Assembly: GCA_905331295.1 (NCBI GenBank)
Contig: CAJNYD010000072.1
Span: forward strand, 50,735-95,660
Direction: 5' to 3'
Length of the DNA: 44,926 nt
Source of the DNA: Rotaria socialis
Lineage: Eukaryota
Shown: in pieces, positions 1 through 12,090 of the stretch
Position numbering within the stretch: the first letter of the stretch is position 1
How the letters are laid out: every line of letters begins with the position of its first letter
Program-made: the position numbers and the translations under genes
The notes under the pieces: generated by a model
Seen by the model: the letters and a program-made list of their open reading frames with translations, nothing else
The model's database searches: none
Told to the model about the DNA's origin: nothing

Positions 1-796
1 TCTATTCGTTTGGTCGAAGAATGAAAGCATAAATAGGAATTTTCCTTTACGAGTAGAAATGAATTGTTTAATCGATTAAAAATATTTTATTTGTAACAGT
101 ATTATTCAGATCTAGTCGAATCAAAACGAACTGCTTAAAAGGTCATACAAAAAATAGTATTCGTTTTTCTTCTTAGCTAACAAAAAGAAAACAACGGTTT
201 ATTTTTGAAATAATTGAGAATAAATCATTCATAAAAGTAATAGAATTACATTTGTTTTGAACTGCTCGACTCAATACATTTACAATCAAACAATATTCTA
301 CTTATCCGTGTGAGAAGAAAAAGGCTGTAGAACATTTAAAACTTATAAAGCATTCATGATAGAAAAATATGTAGTGCATGTGATCGACATATTAGTGGGA
401 ATATCTGCAATAAAAATATAGATCATTGTCTCTGTAAAAAAAGAAATAAACAGCTGTGTATGAATGTCGAGATTGTTTCTATCATGAATGCTTTATAAAT
501 TTTAAATGTTCTACAGCCGTTTTCTTCTCACACGGATAAATAGAATATTGTTTGATTGCAAATGTATTGAGTCGAGCAGTTCAAAACACATGTAATTCTA
601 TTACTTTTATGAATGATTTCTCCTGAATTTATTACAGATTAAATCGTTGTTTTCTTTTTGTTAACTAAGAAGAAAAATGAATGCTATTTTTTGTATGACA
701 TTTTAAGCAGTTCGTTTTTAATCGATTAAACAATTCAGTTCTACTCGTAAAGGAAAATTCCTATTTATGCTTTCATTCTTCGACCAAACGAATAGA
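1..796. repeat. Long foldback inverted repeat (MITE/Foldback-like), probably extending left of the window
   Basis: Positions 1-~365 are the near-perfect reverse complement of ~476-796 (tctattcgtttggtcgaag... / ...cttcgaccaaacgaataga). The left arm has about 40 extra bp (83-122) and the spacer is about 110 bp. Confidence 0.9.
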
Positions 797-1900
797 AAAT
801 CGTATATCATAATATTTAACCTCATCTACTCTCTTTTTTCTTTTATTTAAGTGAAGAATGTTGCTCTGGCAGATCGATGTTACCATCAATCCGCACGATT
901 TCGTCATCGCAACATGTATTTGATCAGCAAAGATCATTTACCTCTTGGTAAGTTGTAATGAGCAATTTTATTCGTGGAGATGCAGAGTATGAAATCATTT
1001 TTCTCTCTACTCTTTTTTATACAAGAAGGGTCTCTTCGCAAAGGGCGTGCAATTCCCATAGAAATGACTAGATTGCTAAAGATGGCATTCATGTGGTCAA
1101 CGAATGTAATCAACCCGTCGTGTCCACGCTCCCCTATTATAACTTCAACTACTGACAATATTGATGATACGATTGTGAGAAAATTAACTACAAAAAAAAT
1201 GAGAAGTTGTCAATGCATGTTCAATCGTATAATATCAATGTTGTGGTGTAATTATCCAAAAGATACTAAAATCGAAAATTCGATACATTTTGTTAGCGGA
1301 TATGATCCACCCTCAACTCTGCCTCTCGATGTCTTTACATATCTCTCCCTTGTTATGCCCATACTATCATTGTTATTCTCCCCCTCTCTTCCTTTTCTTC
1401 TCTCTCTCTATATATATACATATGCGTGTGTGAAAAGGTTAGATATAAATAAAAGTAAAGCTCGACGAAGCGAGCTAACACATTTGATGATTAAGAAAAC
1501 AGATGAACTTATGATTGATTGTAATCACTAGCTTGCTTTTTTTAAATAAAACTCTTGTGAATACGTGCACATTGGGGAATCACAGTAACATAAATGGAAG
1601 ATTTACCTATTATACATTGGCTTGCCAATATGTTCTACTATAGTTCCACTTTCATTAGATTTTACAATACGAATAAAATACACTAAATGATGTACGCTCA
1701 AAGGAGGTTAACCAATAGTAGTCCATGTAATTTACTATATCAGATTGGCAGTGTTCTACGTTCCAGAATAAAATATTGAGCATATTGTTTAGTTCTAATT
1801 GAACTCAATTGAAAAACACTTGCTTGAATCTAAATTTTTCAGTGATATTTTTTAATGAATCGTTTGTCGAATAAAAAACAAAGCATGAAAGACAAAAATA

Positions 1901-1913
1901 TGGCCCACCCCTA
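1901..1913. mobile_element. Solo right terminus of a TAGGGGTGG-type hAT MITE
   Basis: tggcccaccccta is identical to the right end of the element at 34871-35658. No matching left end was found in the window. Confidence 0.4.
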
Positions 1914-3545
1914 ATTCACAGTGTAAAAAGAAATCTATTCATAGAAAAATCAGTTCGGTAATATGAAGAAATATTTATTCTATCTATTAATTATTGAACA
2001 GTGTAATCATAGCTTATCGAGAAAAATCTTTGAGGAAATCGAGTAACAATGAATGAATTGTTCACTAGGTATAAAAAAAAGCGCATGTAATCTATGAACA
2101 ATCGGTAAAATAATCGAAATTCAACAAAATGAGTCGTATTGGCTAAGTAATTAAGAAAGATTTTCTCTTATGAATAATGCTCAATAAAAAGTAATGATTA
2201 AGCAAAGTCCAATCGATTAATTGTACCATTGTACACTTCAACAAAAATAGATAGACAGTATACAGAGCATTTCAACTATACATATCGTAATGCTAAAGAA
2301 ATATCATTAAGTGAAGCAATTCACCTTTGTTATGGTTCTCTAACCACTGAACATATCGGGGTAAATGGAATATGATTTTCAACAGGTACCAATTTATGAT
2401 ATCCAATGGTTCATCATCATTGAAATACGATGCAAATGCTAGTAGTCTATAACGATGTTCGATAGGTCGTTAAGGATTCGGCATACTTAATAGTTCGATT
2501 ATTTAATTTCTGCATCATTATTTTTCACTGATAAATACATGCTGAAAGACAAACTCAAACTAACCGACATCGAAAGAATTGAAATGTTAAAGTAAAGTTT
2601 GACTGTTAATCTATTTTTTTTATCTTTGAAGAATTAATCGAAGTGATGTCCTTCACGAATGGACCCGAAAGATAGAATGCAAGCAAGTGATGTGTCAGAC
2701 TGAGAATAATATCATACCCCACATCTGATCGAGAAAGATTGCTTATTACAAACTTATCAAGAAGTAAATAATCGCTACGGATCAAAATACATGTTGCTAT
2801 GAAGAAAATATGCAGGTTGATCGCAACATCGACTTGCCAAAGCAATACTTTCATTTATAAATAAGGATACATTGTGAGACATTGTGTTGAATAGAGAAAC
2901 ATTCACGTGACAAAAAACTCGACTGTTGATGTGCAGCCCCTAGTCAAGGTACTCATATAGGAGTACTCAAAAAGTACTCATGCTAGAAAATGTCACGAGT
3001 ACTCACGAGTACTCGTAACGTTTGAGTACTCGTATGTCGCACTTGCCATGAGTTTTCAGTCTTTAAGTACTACTAACGTGTACGTATGTAAAAATTTCGA
3101 GTATTTGAGTACTACTATGGAGTACACATGCCAGCATATTGGGTATTACGCATAGCTATTTGTCTTTAATTTTGTGATTACTGTACTATTGTATTTCATT
3201 TACGTTCGTATTTCTGTTCGTTGTTGACTAAATATTATCATCTGAACTTTTATTCTATTTAACAAAATTATCATAAAACAAGCAATATAACGATGGCAAA
3301 AGAGATAAAACATATAATTTGAAAAAGAAAGAAGAATATAACAATCAATAAAAAAAAACCTGTTCTATGATAAAGAAAATGAAGCATTTCCATTTCAATA
3401 CAATTTGTTTTGCCTAATATGATCATAGTGTACATCATGAAATATCACACAAGTACATAATTAAATAATGTTCATTTATTTGGTTCAATTATTGATAACT
3501 TGATGCCAAAAACGCTAATACAATTACTCTCTCTCATTTGCACGA

Positions 3546-5255
3546 TTATGTTGATTGAGGTGGTTCTGATGACATTGCCGTTGTCATTGCTTGTCCATCA
3601 AGATTTGCTGATGTTTGTAAAAGTTGAGAAGTTGTATTTGTTGACACCAAGAATGGTTGTTTATTAATCCGTTTCTTTTTATTGTTCTCCTCATCGATAT
3701 GTTGGCGAGAAAGAGATTCCATGATTTCTTTCCATAGAATACTCATGTTATCATCAATAATAATACACTTCATTTGTATGAATTCTATATTAAAAATTAT
3801 ACTAAAAGTCATCAGTAGAAAATTTGAAACGTATATACAAACCTTTAAATAAACTTTCGTGTTCTTTTAAGTATGTTTTATCGCCAATACGATCGCATTT
3901 TTTTATTAATTCTCGCATTATCATTGTTGGACGATTTGGTGTGCTTTTAATTTGGTTTGGATTTATTCCAGTAACTCGCTAGAAATAAAAAAAAGATAAA
4001 ATTTCAAAAATCTCATAAAGAAAAATTACTTCAATATTTGCATAAACTCCATTAATATCTCCAACTGAATTTGATTGATTTACTGGTGTCTAAAGAAAAG
4101 AGAAAGGAAAGTTTCTAAATGAGATATATGCTTCTATTCGACTTTACTTACAATAGGTGTCTTAGATCGAAATTTCTTGATTACTGGTATTACTTTCTCC
4201 AACTGATCAACTCTTTTTCGTAATTGCTTGATTTCTTCATCAAGGATTTTACAACCATTACATGGTTGATCAACTAGAAAAATATGTGTAAGTCAAAAGA
4301 AAATTATAAAAGGAAAATTTACCATTGCTAACTGGTTGACCAACTTTTTTTTTTCTTTTTAGACGAGGTTTTTTTAATAATGATTGTAATTCATTGCTTT
4401 TGTTGACAACAGTTAAATCTTTGTCTAATAGATAAGTAAAGATTGTTAGGCTTGATTGACTATAAATGACCCAACTCACCATATTCATCATCTGATATAT
4501 CTGTACCACTCAATGAACTTTCGTCATGATTATCTTCATGGCACCTTTTTGTTCCTACTTTTGATGTATATACACGACTAAAATTCAATTCACGATTACA
4601 CAATGGAGTTTCTGAAAGAATACATTGAAGTACATCAATGAATTAATGTGTCATACTAATCAAATAACAAGACAGTATCATATACTTCTTTGTCAAAAAC
4701 TTACTTTGAGGATTCATATTGTTGGATGATGTTGTTGTATTTGGATCACTAACATCTGGTGATATTATATCAATACGTGATTTTGATCGTTCGCCTGTTG
4801 TAATTCGTTTCTTAGATTCGTGATCCATCCGATGTGTGATAGATGGCGAGTAATCATCATCATCATAATTATCATCTTGGTTTTCATTGTTTTCCTGCTC
4901 GTCAGGAACAAGCTCAACTTCTTCACTGGCAGCTGAAACAGCATAACGTGATGCACGTTCTTTCATAACTTCTTTAGGGCCTTAATACAAATAAAAAGAC
5001 TTCCAAACGTCAATAAAAATTATTTACAAAAATATTACCAGTACTGACTATTCGTAGATTTTTTCTCGATCCAAATGTTTTAATACTGCCATTTTGTTTA
5101 TCAAGAGGATCAATATCAATGCTAACCGACGGAACAATACTATGTTTGTTCCATTGTGGAAAAGAAACAAGTACATATTCTTGCTCATCAAAGCGTTTAT
5201 TAATTCCAGCTGTTGATCGTCGCACACGATTATAACTTGTTGGCAATATATCCAT
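3546..5255 (-). CDS. Transposon second ORF (TnpA-like accessory protein), 8 exons, 427 aa
   Basis: Exons 5255-5039, 4980-4705, 4611-4480, 4424-4323, 4273-4152, 4089-4030, 3978-3843 and 3784-3546, all with GT-AG introns, give 1284 nt with no internal stop. Features: acidic tract, basic NLS-like KKPRLKRKKK, CNGC followed by a coiled-coil-like segment (LDEEIKQLRKRVDQLEK), and a helical-looking C-terminal region. Confidence 0.8.
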
Positions 5256-5419
5256 AGCTAAATCTAAACATAACAAAAAAATAAAAATATATTATGAATA
5301 AAAAAAATGATAATTTATCATTGATGAAACACGCAGATGAGAAAATTACATTTTATTTGTTTAAAAAAGTCCTAAGAACTATAATCAATAAGAAGAAACT
5401 GAACAAGTTATTCTGATGA

Positions 5420-8400
5420 CTAGTCATGTTCCAATTCACACACCACATCAGTATAAACGAACAGATTATTAATCCATTTCATATTGATAACTTTGTTCGA
5501 TAAATGAGACACAGGTATAATTTTATATGAAAAATGTTTATGATTATATAACCCAAAGTAGTGATTTAGTCTATTAGAAATTGATTGAGGTACCGATACT
5601 GTAGTCAATGCATCTGAAATGCTTAATTTCACACATTCATATTTTTTGATAAATGCATATTTATGTCCAGAAGAATGAAAAAAAAATAAAACTTCTGCAA
5701 GACATGTTGTCCTTTTCATTGGACATGTCTTGGTTGATATCGACACTAAATAGCTAATTGCATTACCACCTCTTGTATAGGCTCGTGAATGGAACATTTT
5801 AAATCCACGAGAGTAACGAGAATAATATCTTGATGTTGTCAAATCGATCTTTTTTTGTCTCGAGCATGTTATTAATTTGTTTTGATAATTTTGAATGAAG
5901 CATTTATCCGTATAAGTTTCGTCAAGTTTTTCAACATTAAATATATCATTAAGTGTAATTGAGTTGCTTGAAGCTAATGATCGATCTACTTTGTACCACG
6001 TAATGAATTGTTCCAATATATAGTTCTTACCAAGACACCATTTTAATGAATGACCAATATAAGACTCACGGGCAAAACATGAAGTATATACTAAAGCGCC
6101 ATGTTTTAGTACTTGTTCTTTTAAATGAGAATGCAAATGGAGTGTACATAATTGTGACTTTTCACCATAATAGTCTACAATATGTTCATAATAATAATTG
6201 AAAATATTTTCGATATCATTCAATTCTGTAATATCGTCATAAGCATACAAAGCACCTACATGTAAGAAGTAATGAATAAAATGTAAGGCAAGAGTATCAG
6301 GCAGAAATAAGCACGCAAAAACTGGTGATATGTATAGTAAAAAATCTCTAAAATAATATTAGAAAAACATTATTATGTAGAACTACAAAGAGATCCTTAT
6401 TAAGAATTTTACTGTTGTTTTTAATTATGTACTAATTATATTTTGAACAAGCCTTCTTTCAAGATATTTTTATTACGGGACAGATTTATCTCGATGCTAA
6501 TTAAAATACATTTACTTTTTGTCGTTAGCGTTAAGAATAAAATTAAGTTTACTGAAATTATATGGCATTCAGATAAACTTAATTTTATGACTACTGCTAA
6601 CGAACTAATGAGTAAAATCGTTTAATCCTAAAATTAATTGTATATGTGACATAGAGTTGTAAAAGTGTTGCATCACATTGTATAAACTTAACACATGCAG
6701 CTAGACTTGATATGCGTGTAAACTTAAAGTGATACGTCTAGCTATATTCAGTTGAGTTTTCTTACCGAAACATTTTCGTTTTCCATTGAGAATATTGTAC
6801 AAGTGGAATAAATTGATATCTAAAAGAATGAGGCAATATAATAGATATAAGATAATTAGAACTTTGATCAAAAACTCCAGGTAGCAAATTCTTTTCCCAA
6901 TATGTTATTAATGTTTTAAAATGACCAGAGCATACGAGATGCATATAGTCTATGGCTATTTGATCAGGAAAGACAAGTATTTTTGTTAATGGTGTTGGTC
7001 CTTTGATTCCCTTTGATGCTGTTACGGTTGTGTTTTGTATCGATAAAGTTGTATAGTCATGATCAGTTTTTGGTGCTGCTGGTGTTGCTGAATAAGGATA
7101 AAACACTTGGCGTCCAATAGCTATTCCATGGATATCACAGTCAGGGCAAGCATCATAGCCATTAAATTGGATAATATTGCAATTTTGTGCAAGAGCAGGC
7201 AAATCAAACGTCGCATATTGAGCACGTATATTGAACTTAAGCTTTTCACCAGCATCAGTACTAATAATAATTCCGTTTTTAAATAAATCATGAATTTGCT
7301 GAACAATATAACACCACAACAAATCTCTATTTGGATGAGTACCACCAAGCCATGCACCGAGAATCATTGTAGCATCAGCACGATCTCGCATTGGTGGAGG
7401 TATTTCCACCAATGTACATTGTATAGGCCACAACGATTTTCCACCAACTTTAGTAACCGGTGCACCGTCAGCATGCAACATAAGAGTAAGCTTATTGGAT
7501 TTATTTGACGGTAAATTTCTATAAATCTGTGAAAGATAATTCAATTCAATTTTTTATTTTTATAACAACACAATAAAATATTTTGTTTGTGAAACTTGAT
7601 ACTTTTCTAAGTTTTGTTAGCTGAGTTTGGATTTTTCAAAAAAAAAAAGATTTCTCAATTCATAACTGATCAGAAGATTTTTCAATCATACGATTTATTT
7701 CTTATAAATCTAAAATAGCTTCTAATCTAGAATTGCCTGTATTTGATAGATTTTCTATTTCTCATATTGCTTTATATTATTTCATTTATTATAAACCCTA
7801 TTAGCTAGCGGATCAAGCTAGAGAAAATTTAAGTTTCACATTTATTATGCTTTCTTTAAAACTGAAATAAATAAACGACAGAAAGTGGCCATATGTCCCA
7901 TCGATTAAACCTCATAATTTCTTGTTAGATCGAGGAGTAATTCATGTTTCATAGAAAATAATGGTATGCATTTTTTACTCCATTGGTTACAGATAAAACA
8001 AGAAAAAGCAGGTCTGCTCAATCAGATCAAGCCTTAGTTGCTATAGATAGACAATTTTTATTATAAAAGGAGATCAAGCTTTCGCTAAAATAATGATTCT
8101 GATGACGAAAATATATTAATCCAATTGATAAATTACCCTAATCTCATTACAATTAATATTGTGAGTTTCTTGGTAAAATTACTGACCTGTCCATTTAGAA
8201 CATCACCTGGTAAAACCATTCTAGGTTGATTTTGATACTCTTGAATTAAATTTACATAGCGTTTTGCTGTTGATGAGATCTCTTTTTTAACATCACACAG
8301 AACTAATTCACTGACATTTCTAAATGAACGACGTCGATTATTCATAGAACATTCAACAGTACATGTTGACTGCTGCGGTGATGCAAGTGGATAAAGGCAA

Positions 8401-8477
8401 CCACGACAGTAATAAGAAACTTTCTTGGAACAATCAATGTCTATAGTAAAGAGAGAACAAACAACATGAGAAGTCAT
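5420..8477 (-). CDS. EnSpm/CMC-type DDE transposase (spliced, ~659 aa if started at 8477)
   Basis: Exons 8477(or acceptor at 8440)-8187, 7526-6766 and 6347-5420 join in frame through GT-AG introns. Motifs typical of the family: CxxC..C..C zinc knuckle, GDVLNGQIY, HADGAP..SLWP, TFDLPA..QFNGYDACPDC, IDYMH, WKTKMFRDFLLY, HLHSHL..G.L..TSCFARES. The N-terminus is uncertain. Confidence 0.88.
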
Positions 8478-9749
8478 AATAAACTCTATTTGATAGCCTC
8501 ATTCTATTATAAGTCCTTATTTTTGTAAATAAAACTCGGTTAAGATACGTTTTTCATTTGATTTCAATTAATGAACAAAAGGATTTATTAATCCAAATGC
8601 AATGACTATTGTGAAAAAATCTAAACATAGAAAAGGTCAACATATATGTGACACAGATAACACACGCTGATTTGAACAAATAAATGATCACATGGAAACA
8701 TCCAATTGCAAATGATCTCTTTCTCTTTACGTATACAATAGAAGTGTCTAGCCGTTTGATATATATGATGAGCAGAACTATTGAAATATTTTGTTCAAGT
8801 CTAACTATACTGTGCAAACATTATTTTTTTTTTTTGACATTAATTTCTTTATCATACATGCTTGTAAATGCATAACTGTTTTATTGAGTTATTCATAAAT
8901 CCAACCCATAGTACTACACTGAGTACTCATACCAGTACGTGCGAGTAAATTATAACGACTAATACATATATTAGTACTACTGCGAGTACTCAAGGGTTAA
9001 AAATACTCACGAATTTTCGTGAGTACTCAGTCGAGTAGTTTGAGTACTCATGCTGGGAAGTCGTACTCTCTTAACGAGTAGTTTCACTAGGGATTTTTCT
9101 TCATCTTTTATAATGGATCAAAATGTAAATCGTATCAAGGGATTGTTTTTAGAATTCTATTTAAAGACTGAGTATGATCATTCATTTTGAATTACCAATC
9201 TCACAAAATATAAAAAAAGAGATAACAAAATTTTTAACACGGATGATGGAATATATCATTTGTTGGAATTAGAGAAACAAGGATAGCGCAATATTCAAAT
9301 TCATCATGCGCAAGCAAATAATTTTGATGACGTTTCGGAAAAACGCAAGAATCGAAATACGCGCGCAAACCGATGGCGTAAGACAGTGACCACGTGGGAA
9401 CCATGGTCAAAAATACAAAAAATTATTAATGGGTATGAAGGCGATAAATATTCTCCTTTTCCCCGTAATTGTCGACATTTCGTCGAGGAAATACTCCAGG
9501 CATGCGACTCAAAAATATCAGTGAACTGATGAGCCAAATGACACTAAAGTTATCATCTTTCAAGAACACTGCATCCTTCATGCTTAATAAAAATCAATCG
9601 AAAGCAGATCAACTGATATATGTACAATACAAATCAATCTGCTATTCCCAACTTTCGTTTTTCAGCAAGTGATCTGTTTTGTCGAAATTTAATAAATCAA
9701 ACAATGATTAGTATACTTCTGAATGAAAGTTAATGTCAAGTTTCAAATC

Positions 9750-9798
9750 GTCAACGCGTTTCGTGTTTTTTATTCATAAATGCAACACTCATCAGGGC
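9750..9798 (-). ncRNA. Minimal type I hammerhead ribozyme motif (Penelope-like/retrozyme associated)
   Basis: The minus strand reads GCC-CTGATGA-GTGTT-(loop)-AACAC-GAAAC-GC-GTT-GAC. It has an intact core, a 5-bp stem II and a palindromic AACGCGTT stem III. Stem I has one mismatch. Confidence 0.75.
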
Positions 9799-9808
9799 TC
9801 TACAGATA

Positions 9809-10272
9809 TGTCGTATGCCAATCTCGGATTCAGGCCATTCTAAGATCCGAGTTTGGACTAGTTTAATATTGGATTGATGCAATCCTATTCATTAATATAT
9901 CAATAACGTTTTAGATAAACTTTGGATTTGAGTCATTTTTTAAATCATGTTCAGATAACATCGTTTTAAGTATTACAAGCATGCGCGGAGAAACTAACTT
10001 TAGGCTCGGAAGCTTATTAACAATTTTTTTTATAAAACTTGTTCCCCTAGAGAAATCTATTCATAACTCCTAATATTTTACTTGAATCTTTCAAAAATCT
10101 GTTGTACAAAGCAAATTGGCATCGTATGAACATGATTTCAAAAAATGACTCAAATCCAAAGTTTATCTAAAACGTTATTAATATATTAATGAATAGGATT
10201 GCATCAATCCAAGATTAGACTAGTCCAAACTCGGATCTTAGAATGCCCTGAATCCGAGATTGGCCTACGACA
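9809..10272. mobile_element. Non-autonomous TIR element with TGT...ACA ends (Ginger-like MITE)
   Basis: Inverted arms of about 150 bp start TGTCGTATGCCAATCTCGGATTCAGG and end CCTGAATCCGAGATTGGCCTACGACA. A 4-bp direct repeat GATA flanks both sides. Confidence 0.8.
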
Positions 10273-10617
10273 GATATAAGCACAAAAACGAATAGAAAAA
10301 GATGTAATAAAAAGGGCATTTGCATATTTATGACAAGGATAAATAATGGTTGAAATGACCTTAAACTAATTTTGAACATATAACCATCGACACCAATGAG
10401 AAAATGAATAAGAGTTTAAATAAATAAAACACAAAAGACCATAATAATGTTAGAATGAATTAAATTATGATGGATCCAGTGAGAAAATTTCTATTCGTAT
10501 GTTCACTGGTGGAGAAAAGGGAGCATAATCAATTTATGCCTATTATTGGTCAGGGCAGATTATGAGGACGGGTAAAAAAGTTGATAAAACAAAACATTAA
10601 AGGACAAGTCATAACCA

Positions 10618-11112
10618 ACAAGTAACGTTCATCGGCGTCGAAAATCGATTCACTGGGCCCTAGACTGATAGTGCTGAAGAGAACAAATGCATGGGCAGGA
10701 CAAAAAATCGATTGTTTGTGCCAGCAGCTGTTGATGATATTTTCAAACAGATCCGTAAGTGGAATGAGAATAACTGTAACTGAGGTAAGAATTAGACGAA
10801 AATTAAAGATTTCAATTAAAAGCACTGTGAATGAAAACGAAAGACGGACAAAATGGGACTCAAAGGCCCTTAATGAGGGGAGAGACTGACTCTTACGTAC
10901 CCACAAAAATATATGGCTCAGAAATTTTGTGATGGTTAGCTCAAAGTTCCGTAAGGGAGTCAGCTCGCCCCTCCACTGACCCCATCTGCAGAGCGGACTG
11001 TTTCGCGTGACCATGCTATGCATCCACCAATGGTTTGTGCCATTGTTACAGACTGACAGACAGACACCGGTGAATTACGGTTTGTAGACCCTATCCTTTC
11101 AGTCTTGGGGAA
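10618..11112 (-). mobile_element. Helentron-associated non-autonomous element (HINE/DINE-1-like), copy 1
   Basis: Subterminal inverted repeats CCCTAGACTG (10658) and CAGTCTTGGG (11100), a (GACA)n microsatellite at ~11048-11066, a partly decayed terminal hairpin and an ACAAGTAACG end shared with copy 2. Confidence 0.7.
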
Positions 11113-11817
11113 AATAGCTCATAGGAAAGTTTCTAGGACTCAACACGTGGTGCTACTCCATCAACAAATACCAAATGCACATGCATTTCTTCTCACGAGC
11201 TGTGTCATGCTTGATTTATACTTGAGGTCCATTTCCAACGCCCTAAAACTAGCGTTAATCTATGCATCTAATATTGATTTTCCAAATCTATCTGAAACTC
11301 ACTAGGTTTTTGCTTGACCATACTCTTTTCCGAGCATACCTAACAACTAAAAATAACCGTTGCAACGAGAAATATATTATCAACCCGTTCTAAATATCAG
11401 TATTGTTCTGAAAGCACTATCGAGAATCTTATCATTTTTAGATGATATCTTGTCTAGCTATGTAACAATCTTTATTGCATGATTTGTGAAAAGTATATGT
11501 ATCATCTGAGGACTCCATGAAATCCATCACTAATGTTTCTACTCCTGTATGCATATGTAGAATGACTTATGACTGTTTATATTTCCATATAGGTAAAGTG
11601 ACCGGATAGTAAAAAGCTTATTAGCGCAGCCCCTTTGTGGTTAAAAGGTGGAACTCACATAATTAGTTAAGTGGAAAACGGCAGTAAAATCTACCTTTTA
11701 TCTAAAATATGTAATTACGGCATTACCTATTTGCTTATGTCTGTAATGGATAGGTCTTTGGTTTTTTGAGTAATCTGTGATGAAAATAAGGAAGAAATAA
11801 CAACCTTATTAGTATAG

Positions 11818-11892
11818 TTTCTACTGATAGAATGACATCTCCACTATAACTTTCCTATTGAAAGTTTTTTCTTCGCAGTTTTAGCTGAGCTA
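11818..11892. repeat. 75-bp inverted copy of 12332-12406, ending exactly at an N
   Basis: tttctactgatagaatgacatc...ttagctgagcta is the reverse complement of 12332-12406, and position 11893 is N. Confidence 0.8.
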
Positions 11893-12090
11893 ANGAGCCG
11901 CAAAACTGTCGCTTTTAAACTTACAGGCACCATTTTCTTCGAATATATATGTGATTCCACAAAATATCCTAGATAGCAATTTATTTACATAATAGTCATT
12001 TGACTCTGTAACATAAATCTATGATTTTGACTGTGAATAATTAATTTAAAATAATTCCATACAACGAAAACTAGTACGAAACATGTAAGT

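Larger units (their letters stand above)
2938..9092 (-). mobile_element. CMC/EnSpm (CACTA-superfamily) DNA transposon, apparently full length
   Basis: Imperfect TIRs CCCTAGTCAAGGTACTC (2938) and GAGTAGTTTCACTAGGG (ends 9092). Palindromic GAGTACTC subterminal repeats cluster at ~2950-3125 and ~8910-9080. The element encloses a transposase gene and a second gene. No TSD is evident. Confidence 0.9.

Noticed and set aside
974..1531. 185-aa plus-strand ORF
   Set aside because: Non-ATG start, runs through CT/AT low-complexity sequence, and has no recognisable motif.
1560..2860. Possible decayed minus-strand exons (e.g. RPIEHRYRLLAFASYFNDDEPLDII)
   Set aside because: Many stops, and no family could be assigned.
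8554..8817. Candidate upstream transposase exon
   Set aside because: No convincing in-frame splice to 8440 or family motif was found.
9526..9560. CTGATGA as another hammerhead
   Set aside because: No stem II followed by GAAA. The same applies to CTGATGA at ~8099 and ~26353.
10550..11023. 157-aa ORF and other short track ORFs overlapping MITEs/HINEs
   Set aside because: They cross element boundaries and lack motifs, so they are likely spurious.
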